From: Podarcis erhardii
Lineage: Eukaryota
DNA length: 64,000 nucleotides
Assembly: GCA_964252035.1 (NCBI GenBank)
Contig: OZ176206.1
Reading direction: 5' to 3' (one strand)
A program made the translations under genes and the position numbers. Numbering within the stretch: position 1 is the first letter of the stretch; every line of letters begins with the position of its first letter. This document shows, piece after piece, positions 39,301-64,000 of this stretch. The notes beneath the pieces were generated by a model, which ran no database searches, was not told the origin of the DNA, and saw only the letters and a program-made list of their open reading frames with translations.

Positions 39301-41437
39301 TGAAAACTTTGTACTTGGAATTTATGAATTCCTAGCTCCATCCTCTGCACAACTAGGAACTTTCTTTGTAGGTGGAACATAGAGCAGCAGGAACACCCAG
39401 CACACAATAGAAGGTGTGCAGCATCAATCCCCGCTTCCCCATATTTGTTGCTGTTGGAGCTTTCAAGAATTGTGCTAAAATATGAGCATTGTGGGAATGG
39501 GGGGCCTGTGAGAGGTAATCTGCTGCAGATTCTAAGAAATCTGGCTTGCCATTTCTTGCACTTGGCACTTTTTGGGGTGTTTTTTCTTATTACCATAGAG
39601 TGATAGCAAAAATCCAAAACAGCCTTGTGCTTAAATACAGAAGCCATGACAAGAAGACATAACAACAAAACTCTAGGCATACATCTCGTTTAGAGGAGTT
39701 ATAGATGGCACACCATCCAACCTACTTCACTCTATAGCAGACAAAAACTGCTCATGAGTTAATTATATATGTTGCCATACTTCCCAGCTCTTGGCACTTT
39801 TGATGAACTGGATGTTGGTTATATTATTATATGGAAAGGCAATATACAAATTGAAAATACTGACAACACTGTTCCCCCATTGAAATCCCTGAGGCTTTTG
39901 GGTTTTCTCATATAACCCCATCTATTGGGATAATGCAAGATACCTTTGAAGAAAAGCTGTTGATTCAAGAGGTAGAATGTCTGCTTTGCACAGAAAAGGT
40001 CCAGATTTCAATTCCTGGCACCTCTTGGGAAAGCCAGGGAAAGTCTTTCTCTGAAACCCTGGAGAGCTGCTGCCAGTCAATAATCGTAGATGCACCTTAG
40101 CTTAATGGACCAAAAATCTGACTCAGCAGAGGACAGCTAACCCTGTTCCATGTACCTGGGCAGATTTTATCTAAGCAGCACACTTGTGCTTGTTTATACA
40201 GAAAAGGTCAGATGTGGTAACATCAGCAATGGGGAGAATAACTGGTGAAATATGGTATTAGCAGGGTGGGAAAGTACATGCATTATGCAACTGAGGAATA
40301 TTTCCCCCTTAAAAGATTATTTGGGTCATTTTGCTTTTGCTTTTTTTTTTTGGCCTTCTCATTGTCTGTTAGATTGTAAGCTTATAAATAAATACTTACT
40401 GCACATCAGCAGTATGATCCAGATCTAAATAGGGATTAAAAATATGAAAAAATATGAAGCTACCTGGGGCAACTTAAAATAGTTTATTCAATTAAAAAAA
40501 GAAAAAAGAAAAAAACATATCTAAAAGACCAAGATAGGGAGAATAAGCAGTCAGAACAAGAATATTCCAAGCACAGTAAATTCATTTACACGTACAGCAT
40601 AACAATACATCGCAAGAAGCTGACCCTTCTAGAGTGAGGTCAGGGGGTGTAGCAGGTTCGTGTCACCAAAAAGAAAGTTAAGACAAAGTGAACTGCACAG
40701 AAGTATATTAAGCCCTCCACAGCAAGCAGTCTCAGATTTTATTTTCGAGAGCAAAACTTCGCCTTGTCTGCCAAGTTTCAACACGCTCTCCCAGTGGCGT
40801 AGCGTGGGGGGTGCAGGGGGGGCCGGCCGCACCGGGCGCAACTTCTGGGCTTAGGGCAAATCCACGGGTTAGGGGGCGCAAATCACTTGCCTTGCCCCGG
40901 GTGCTGACAACCCACGCTACGCCACTGCGCTCTCCTAGCCTAGGAAACAGCAACGCTTTACAGGAGGGCAAAACCTTCAGCATGCTGGACAAACCCCAAA
41001 GTGACATTCTGGGTCCAAATAAATAGCATTGCCTTGCTAAAGATTTTGGTTTTTTTCCTCCTACAGACCCAACAGAGCTACGCTGTTTATGGGTGTGCGG
41101 AGCCAACGTTGTTGCTCCAATCCGTCCCCCCCCCCCCCACTTCTCTCTCCGGGGCGCAATACAAGACTCCGGAGAAGAATCCCACCCAGCAACGCCCTGC
41201 AGCCTGTACCCGGCACCCTCTTCCCCTCCCCGGTTCAAGATGTACAGGCACTCGGTTTGTGGAAACTCTGGAGCTGAGCCCAGCGCTGCATTTCCACCAA
41301 AGAACTATAAATCCACGCACAGACTAAGACCTCTCAGGAATACACTCACATTCATACTTCTTATTGAGAGGCGGGTACTTCGTCTTAACGATTTTCTGGT
41401 CCTCTGTCAAGTTGTAGTCCCGGTAGTTATCTGCCAT
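36367..41437 (-). CDS. ZBTB8OS: Protein archease (RTCB tRNA-ligase cofactor), 164 aa; exons 41437-41350, 40424-40400, 39131-39010, 38066-37984, 37352-37300, 36678-36642, 36453-36367
   Basis: [57 protein letters not shown]...GTEVKAITYSAMQIHEDETPEVFVIIDI*; all junctions GT/AG, 495-nt CDS. Confidence 0.95.
38100..38520 (+). mobile_element. L2-like LINE 3' tail
   Basis: ctttaggcgtcaggcaaaaa...gtgaactgtcctgtgatcttt.gatgaagggtggtacacaaatttaataaaaaaa. Confidence 0.65.
38589..38748 (+). mobile_element. Short tRNA-headed SINE with CR1-derived tail
   Basis: A-box tagctcagttag, B-box ggtttgatcc, tail gttggact.aatggtcc...gtcccttccagctctatgactctat. Confidence 0.8.
39970..40150 (+). mobile_element. Squam3-like SINE
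   Basis: gtagaatgtctgctttgca...tcaattcctggca...ctgaaaccctggagagctgctgccagtca. Confidence 0.75.
40792..40927. mobile_element. Young hAT MITE (136 bp)
   Basis: Perfect 17-bp TIR CAGTGGCGTAGCGTGGG and perfect 8-bp TSD CGCTCTCC (40784-40791, 40928-40935). Confidence 0.95.
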
Positions 41438-42559
41438 GGCTTGCCGCTTTTGCCATGCAAAATTCAATTCACTTCCTCCTCTTAGGACAGAAGAGACGAA
41501 AGATGGCCTCCTTCCTGCCTAAAGCATGTCAGCCGCAGTCAAGCCCACATTTAAAGGAACAGTTCCCTTCATTATAGATCTATCTGTATCATATTTGTAT
41601 ATCTGTATCCATGCTGCTTTATTAGTACTTCCCCCTCCCCTGAAAAGCGGCAATTTGAAATTTTGTGCTTTTAATTCTTAGACCTACACATCGACCTGGC
41701 AAAAAGACAATTAAACAAGATACTCCCTTTTCCTGAGCTATAATTGCCGTTTTTAAACGAAACATTCAAACCAGGGCTCCTGTGTGTCCTTCAACAGCTG
41801 AATCCTGTCAAGCAGAAATTCATTAGGAGAAGCTTTTCCTGGCATATATGCCAATGCAAGGGCAGTGAAAGCTTCACCTGCTGGATATCTGCCTGGCCTT
41901 ATACAGCTGCGAAAGGCAAAAGAGTGGCCTAAGAAGAAGATAGTTGACAATCCTTTGGTTCTTTTTTTATTATTATTGCTGGCGTAGTAACGGTGCCATA
42001 ATTTTAAGGTTGGCATGTGTATATTAATTTTATTCAGTACGCTTTCATTCCACGCTCCCAGAACCATAGAGTGGAGTACAGGATTCTTCCCTTCACAACT
42101 TGGTTATCACCACTGTAAAATAGGCAAGGCTGAGTGATGGGGACTGGCACACCATCACTTAAAGGGAATTTGGACCTGGGTATCATCAGTCCTCGTTTGA
42201 CACTAACTGCTGGAACAAAGCAGTGCACAATGGATGATCACTCTTTTTTTTTAATAAATAAAAATATATTAAGAAATATGCTACATGCTTTAGGCAAATC
42301 ATGTTCTTCTCACTCTTTCGGTTAATCTCATATTGGAAGTATTTCCTCTGTTTTAATGTGATTATAACAAGCCCCACAGTATGCAATGGGCCTTACTCCC
42401 TGGATGATGTGTATATAAGTGTTTACTCACACCCAATTATATATAATGTAACAAATACAATTAGACCACTTTGCTTTTGTGTTGGCATATAAAGGGCAGG
42501 GATAAATACACAAAGCACCTGACAACATTTATTTTGTTTCTATGTGCCAAAGCACTTGT

Positions 42560-42650
42560 GAAGTTGGGCATTTTATGATGTTAGCCGCTTTGAGCCCAGC
42601 CTTGGCCGGGGAGGGCGGGATACAAATAAAAATGTATTATTATTATTTTG
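42560..42650 (+). mobile_element. LINE 3' tail fragment ending in (TAT)n
   Basis: gttagccgctttgagcccagccttggccggggagggcgggatacaaataaaa..tattattatt. Confidence 0.6.
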
Positions 42651-43265
42651 ATTGTTACTCCCATTTTACAGGTGGGAGTGCGGAAGCAGCCACATTTACC
42701 TCAAAAGCCAATAACATTCAGTAGATTTTTTCAGCTATCACATTTCCTTAATCTCAGCCCAAAAGGCAATGTTTGCTTCTCCAATAGATTCGTACAACCA
42801 CCCGTTTCGCAAGAGCGGCCTAGCAACTCTCAGGCCGCCTAACCAAAAACAAAATGGCGGCCCCTACGGAAGCTTCGGCAAGCCACTGCCCTTCTTCCGC
42901 AACGACGAAACGGGAGAAGGGAGGGGTGGAGAGAGCGCGTGCGCCATCCTTCCCTCAGCGAGCACGCCCACTCAGCCCCGCCCCTCCTCCCCCATTCCCG
43001 CCGTCGTGATTCGCCGAGAAGATCGCGGCGGCTGGGTCTGCGATTGGACAGAGTTGGCGCGAACCCGTCTCGCGCGCCACTGCCGTTCTGAAGTGAATTG
43101 TGAAGGGGGGGAAAGGAGGAGAACTACGACGACTCAGGAAACAATAGAGGAGCGCTCAGCAGCCCAGCGCGGGTAGCACGAGGCGCCTAGTGAAGGGCGG
43201 GCTGAGTCCTGAGGTAAACTAGGAAGGCCGCGACGTCGCCGGCGCTCCCGAAGAGAGTCGGAATC

Positions 43266-51987
<8,722 letters not shown>

Positions 51988-54900
51988 ATACTTGACCCCT
52001 TCAATCCTTGCTGTTTGTTTCCTGTTGTTGTCCTCTCCCTGCCCTGTTCTCCTAAGTTTCTTGAGATTGTCAGCTGTGCCGTTTTGCGAGAGACAAACAC
52101 ATGCACTGTGCATTCAACAGCCCATCTGTAGATATTATCCATCAGCCTTGCTTCTAACTCAGAAAGTGAACTGTTGCTGTTGAAAGTTGAACCTGACTTG
52201 AGCTAGCATCACACAGTGGCTTCTTGGTTGACAATTTTTCACCTAAAAACTCATTGATTGAGAGCTGGTGTACACAGCCTGCTACAAGAAATTTTAATAT
52301 AAACTATGCCTGAATTGTTTCAGTACAAGCGTTGGTAAGATCTGAATGTTTTCTACTGAGGGGAATTTTAGAGTAGAAGCTTCTCTCTATTTTATTTTTA
52401 TTGGTCCCTCCTGATAAAAGAATATGTTTAGAGCTTTAGCTCTAGTCTTGTTTCAGATACAGATAAATCCAGTGCAGGGTCACCTATTCTTAACTTTGTT
52501 TCTAGCTGCTGTCCTTGATTAGAGTAAGTCGGTCTGTCCAGATAATGCCTGAGTTTTCTTCATAATACTTTGGTCCTTCTATCCTTTTCTGATGGGGCAA
52601 CTTAGGATGTGGATATGAATATGGTAGTCACCTATAACTGCACATTACTTTGCCCTCTTGTGTGTTTCTTGAACTGTGTTCTATTATCTTTCCTTTCTGT
52701 GGTTTTTTTTTTAACTGGGGGGACCACCAAGTTATGAAAGTGTTTGTTTTCAGCTGATATATGTAATAAAGACTGATATAAAGAATGATTACATGATATT
52801 TCACCTTGTATCAGCACATCTCCTGTGAGGGTGAACTGTTCCACCAGCAGCCCATTTAACTTTCCATGAACCATACAAGTGCTTCAGATTAAATAAATTT
52901 GGTTTTCTATGTGGGATGTGATTGTCTTTTCTTTTTAAAAAAATCAACACTTTTAAGTTTTCTGGAACCAAAGTGGCGGCTTAATTGTGCGGCTTCTAAA
53001 TTGTTAATGAAGCACAGTTACGCTAAAGAACGGAATGATATATTATGAAGTTGAAATCTTGAAATACGTGGAAATCACTTTGCAACTGGCAATGAGAGTA
53101 TGATGTAAAATGGCAGAACTTGCTGCTGCCTGTGTTTTGAGGAGGGTTGAGAGTGGTGAGCTGCCTGTTGAAAGAACCAATTTGATATGATCTGCTAAAA
53201 TAATACAATAAGCTGGCCACCGGAAAGCACTGGTGGGTATGTATCATTTAGTAGTTTGAGGCTGGAGATGTTTAGGTAACTCCTTTCCAGTTTAAAGTTT
53301 ATTCCTACAGGTCTCTCTGGTTCTTGTTTCAAACTGGATTTCCTTTGCCAGCTGAACTCTGTCTGAAATACCCTCCACCCTGGGCTGGATGTCAGAACCT
53401 CTCAGTTTTCATTCCCACCCAGCAGTTCTTGCTTGAAGGCATTCAGTAACCTTGTCATTTTTTTCCACCTACCTGATACTGTTGAGATGCAGAAGGAAGG
53501 CTTGTGCCCAAATCTCCCGACACTGTAGGCCTAACTTTGTACTTTGGCTTGGATGATGTGTCAGTGGGAGAATGGAAGTAATGCAGTTACTTTGGCCCCA
53601 GTGGTTCACATCATGGTTGTTACCTTGTACAGGTTTTACACATAACAGTCAATAGCACTCCACTAGTGTATGTTGCAGGTCCTTTTATCCTAAGTGTAGA
53701 ACTGTTCTTGAAGATGTTAACCTTCAAACTGGAAAACACTCTTATTTGTAGAATTTTTACTCAGGTGAGGGTAATGGAAAGAAAATGAAGACAAAGCTGG
53801 TTGGTTTGCCATTGGGGTAGAATAGGGATGACTATTGACCAGTCGTCTTAAGTGGATTTTCAATCTGTTTAACCCTGTTGCTATGTTATCAAAACAACAC
53901 TGATTTTTCATCCATTAATAGCAAAATGCTCTATGTGCGTATAAAAAAGCATTTAATTAGGACTTCTGCTTCCTATTCATAACATGTCAAAATTACAAAC
54001 TGTTGCCTAAAATAACTAAACAATCCTGTTCTCAAACAGGTTTTGTACAGAATTATAACATTAAAGAAAGGCTGATTAATGTACTGACACGTCAGCTTTA
54101 CACAAACCTTAAACTTTGAAGTTGTGCATAATGCACATCTGGTATCCTGCTGATGTGACATCTGTCCAGTGTAACTACCAGGTTTCAGACCATTTGCAGC
54201 CCTTTTTATCCCTTTTTATAATAATAAAGATGCAAACCGTCATAGTTTTCCTTATTGGCTGTGTCGTCAGATGGAGAGGATGTACTATCATTCCCACTAA
54301 AGACACAGCAAGTAAGTAAGGAAGGGGAAGGATGTCCATGCTTATAAATCCATGATTCAATCTTGGTCTTGTTTCACTTCAGACTTGCAGAGTTGTCCAT
54401 AGATTTCTAAGCAGTCTCTGTAGGGATTGAAATTGAGTAACGAGTTGCTCAATGAAATAACATTTCACAAGGAAATCAGATTTCTTTGCTGTTCTTTCCC
54501 TTGTGGGACTCTCATTGTTCCACTCAGCTTATTCCAGAGGTCGAGTGGGAGACCTGTGCTCATGACACCCCACATCTTTTGCCCTCCATCCAATCCAATC
54601 CTACCTTTCCAACAGCCTCTCTGATATTGCTGCCTGAATGTTTCAGCAGTATTTCTAACTGCACTATATCCTATGACATGTGACCTCATTTTCATTTGTC
54701 ACCATCTACCCTACTGATTAGACATGAACCCTTGACTTTCTCTTTTGACACTTTTCACTTTTGCCTCCTGGCTCAGTCTGTTGCAGAGTGGTATACAATG
54801 GTGGTTGCGAACCTATTGCTTGTGGCATCAGTTTGCCCAGTAGTGCTGCTGTTGTGTGTGTATGATTGCACTTGCTCTTAAAGTGGTTCATCTTTGCCTC

Positions 54901-56858
54901 TGTTTCTTGACCTGAGCACACCCCCTTTTGCCCATTCAGTCACCTTTCCTTTCCTTTCTGGTCCCTACAAGAAAATAGGAGAGGGAACAACACACTGACT
55001 GGAAGAAGCAGCTGACTACAAATAGGTAGATCAGGTTGTTGACCTGAGGGGCAGGGCGTGTGTGTGCTTGAATCAATAGGGCATTTGCTGCTCACTTCCA
55101 TCTACCTTGTGGTAGCAGGCACTCTGCCTACAGAGGCCCTTCACCCCCCTTTTCTCTTTTTGCTAAGTGGATGCTAGAGCTGGCAGGCCCTTTATCTGCC
55201 TTGTCCGTATGACACTGGCTCATTTTCTTGTGGAGGCACTTTCCCCTCTTTATTTTCTTACCACCTCTCTTTTTTGTTTTGCTAAACAGAGATTGCAAAC
55301 TAGCTGATCCTTACCTGCGCACCTTGTGCTTGTGGTGTTAGTGTGTTTTCTGGCTATACATGCTGTTTAGGGTCTTTTTGCTGAACATTGAGCAATATTG
55401 GTCACAATATGCATTTTTGCATTTTTTTAAGGAGATGGAGAAGACAATGGTTCCAGCAGGACATTTGCCTTTTGTGGTGCTGGGCACATTTTAAAGCAGT
55501 AACCTTTTAAAAGGTTGTAAAACTTACGCAGACAGAGCATTTCTGCATATGTTTACATTTATTAAAATAAATGATAAGCACCAGCACTACTCTCAGAGGA
55601 AGAGACCAGAAAGATGCTGTACAAAGACAGAATTTACATTCTATATGGTTTCAAAAAACAAGTAATTTTGGAATGCTTTCAGAAATCTAGAGGCTCTTTT
55701 GCTGGCAAGCACTACTGTGCCATTTTGGGTGTCTCTCACAATCACTTCAGTTAAAAAGGCTACATTTTGTTTGAGAAAATGAGTGCGAAAAGGCAGGCTT
55801 GTGCTTGAAAGCTTTCTCTGAAAACCTTTGTTAAATGGACAGGGAAATGTCCACATCCTCTACACACTGTCCAGAATTAAAGTGTTCAGCCTTCTCCATG
55901 CCTAAACTATCCTAGGTTATATAGTGTTGTCTGTTGCAAAGAAAGGAGCTTTTGAATGGCCTATCCAACAAGAATTTCACTTTCCACTACAAAGTCTAGA
56001 CCACCTCTTGTTAAGCAGAATTAAGATCGTAAATCTTTGTTCACCTGGAAAACACACCATGACCAACCTGTACACTTGTGAGTTGAAGCATCTTGGATCA
56101 TGAAATTTTACATGGTTATATAAACTACTGTTCAACACTCTTAATTTTTGAATTCCTGACTGGGTGCCTCTTACACCTTTGGAACCCTAGACTCTATCCA
56201 TTAAGTCTTACTGTGGCCAAGGGCAGACTTTTCACTTTCTTTGGATTTTACTCTGCCACTGAGAATACTTGTGTTCTTCTCCTGTGTTTCAGACTGAGCA
56301 TAGGGAAGGGAAGTTTATAAAGGCCACACAATTCTCTCATACTCTTCTACCTTTAAATCCCCAGAAATGGCAACATCATATTTCCCTCCTCCTTCACACC
56401 TAACTATTCTCATTTGTTACACCTGCTTAATAACCTCTATTTATTAAGACGCTGATCTTGTGTTTGTTGCTCTGAACCCCTTACAAAGGAATTTCTCTAC
56501 CCAGACTATGAGGACTGAAGTTGTTCATGCCATTCTCCTGCATGTTTTGGATAGGGACTGATTTCTAGGCCAGCCCTACCAAAGTGACAGGAGCCTGTCT
56601 GCCAGAATAGAGCTAGGCCCTCAGTGGGAAGCAGTTCCCTACTATATTTGAGATATATGTCCCAGGTCAGTCATATTCTAGAACATCCTGTTTCCCAAAC
56701 ACAAAGGGCTAGTCTGTAGAATACAGAGAGATACCTAGAGCAAGTATGGTAACTGGAAGGACCTATAGTGAGAATTTGTCACTCCTTTCTCACTGCTGCT
56801 TTCAGATTTTCTTGCAGGCTTTGCTTTCATAGTGTTTCAAGAAAGATAGTAAAACCTA

Positions 56859-62289
<5,431 letters not shown>

Positions 62290-62494
62290 TCATGGAATCA
62301 GACCTACAAATGGCTGAACAACGGAGCTCATTGAGCATAGGTAGGCATTTGTGAAGAAATAGATGCGCCATCCCTCAGCTGAGAATCCTGCAACTGCAGA
62401 AAGCTTTGAAGAATTTGATGCTTTGTTACCAAGGCCAGGAAGTTAGCTTCCTCCCCCAACTTCTCACCATATACCCCAGCTGGTTCCCCTAGAA

Positions 62495-62746
62495 CAATGT
62501 TTCTCAAAGTGTGGTACATGTACCCCCAGTGGTACACAAAAGGGTTTCAAAGGGTACATGGCATACATTTTTATTTTGCTTTTTATTTTATTTTTAGCTG
62601 CAGAAAACAATTTATTAGAATTTAGTATGAGAATGGTGTGCTGTATTAAAACTACCCCCCAAATTATCTTTGTCCAAGACTGGGTATGCTGGTAAAACTA
62701 TACTCTCAAAAGGGGTACGCGGTTATTGTAAATTTGGGAAACACTG
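62495..62746. mobile_element. hAT (Charlie-like) MITE
   Basis: TIR CA.TGTTTC.CAAA / TTTGGGAAACACTG; 8-bp TSD CCCTAGAA/CCCTTGAA. Confidence 0.85.
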
Positions 62747-62753
62747 CCCTTGA

Positions 62754-62757
<4 letters not shown>

Positions 62758-62804
<47 letters not shown>
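62758..62804. repeat. (TAA)n microsatellite, about 15 units
   Basis: Direct reading. Confidence 0.95.
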
Positions 62805-62805
<1 letters not shown>

Positions 62806-62837
62806 CCCGTATTTCACATACCTTATCTTTCTATTAA

Positions 62838-63167
62838 GGGACATGGGTGGGGCTGTGGGTTAAACCACAGAGCCTAGGACTTGCCAATCAGAAGGTCGGC
62901 GGTTCGAATCCCCGTGACGGGGTGAGCTCCCATTGCTCGGGCCCTGCTCCTGCCAACCCAGCAGTGCAAGTAGATAAATAGGTACCGCTCCGGCGGGAAG
63001 GTAAACGGCATTTCCGTGCGCTGCTCTGGTTCACTAGCAGCGGCTTAGTCATGCTGGCCACATGACCCGGAAGCTGTACGCCAGCTCCCTCGGCTAATAA
63101 AGCAAGATGAGTGCCGCAACCCCAGAGTCGGCCACGACTGGACCTAATGGTCAGGGGTCCCTTTACC
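62838..63167 (+). mobile_element. Near full-length Sauria/Squam1-type SINE
   Basis: tRNA-like head (B-box GGTTCGAATCC), tail ...gactggacctaatggtcaggggtccctttacct; perfect 14-bp TSD TATCTTTCTATTAA (62824-62837, 63168-63181). Confidence 0.9.
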
Positions 63168-64000
63168 TATCTTTCTATTAATGCAGTATGATAACATCTT
63201 ACAAACTTTTAATTTGAGCAATTTCAGCAAGGTTGAAGGCAGGCTGGTTGAAATTATACAACTTAAATCCAATCAAGGTGGATTGCTTAGAAGCTATTTT
63301 TGCACCAGGCCCATTTGGGGTTACTGTACCTGGCGCAAAAAGGGCTTTTAAGATCTACTTGTTACACGAGCTCTGGGAGTCCGGGGAATTTTTTTTCTTT
63401 TTTTCCCCATCACTCGCAAGCTGCAAGGATAGCTCCAAGAGTTTGGGTATACATGATTTTCCTGTATACCCTGTATGGGCAGAACCCATAATTCTCTTGG
63501 TGCATCAGGGGGAAAATCCAGGCACAACAAAATATTAGGACCATTAAAAAAACCACAAAGGCTTTTTAAATGTGCTCTTAAGGAAGTAGTATACAATTGT
63601 TGTTCCAATTCTACATGTTTAGAGACAACTTGTAACCTTGTTGAACAAGCCTCTATATGTTGAGTTGAATGTGGTAAACTAGGTATGGCTGAATAAATTT
63701 TGGAATCAAAATCTGTTTTCTACCTTGGCAGTAAAAATATGACAATAATTTAAAAATTGTCAGGTCTTCTGCTCATTAATGATGCTCCAGATCTGCTACC
63801 CAATGGGATCACCTTACTCTCCTTAGTGATAGCTTAACCCTAACTCCCTGGGTTTTAATGAATTTAAACCTGCTTACATTTAAACTGTGTTGCAACGTGT
63901 TTGTTTAACATATGCATCTGTGATGCTGCATATCATTACTTCCTTCAAGTTCTCCTCAAAACTCAGCTTTTCCATGAAGCTTTGGTCACCCCTTCCTTGC

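Overview
Vertebrate (squamate reptile, probably lacertid lizard, judged from Sauria/Squam1-, Squam3- and tRNA-CR1-type SINEs) genomic DNA covering the conserved block ZBTB8B(+) - ZBTB8A(+) - ZBTB8OS/archease(-) - RBBP4(+) - SYNC(-, partial). I reconstructed the exons by hand with GT/AG junctions and consistent phases: ZBTB8B 477 aa, ZBTB8A 480 aa, archease 164 aa, RBBP4 425 aa. Between ZBTB8A and ZBTB8OS, where I know of no such gene in the human block, lies an intact 4-exon ferritin gene (176 aa, M/H'-type signatures) that the ORF track mostly misses. It has lost the ferroxidase ligands (E61K, E62K, H65Y) and the acidic three-fold iron-entry residues (D131H, E134K), shows no canonical IRE, and has an RFX X-box upstream. 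It is a candidate repurposed, non-iron-storing ferritin and is the main finding. Other observations are a GATA-spaced C4 motif in both ZBTB8 paralogs, a tandem repeat forming four perfect p53 half-sites in an RBBP4 intron, a TSD-bounded rearranged L1 in ZBTB8B, and many MITE/SINE/LINE insertions. No database searches were run: family names come from recognised motifs, and ferritin residue numbers are human H-chain (Met removed) from my manual alignment.
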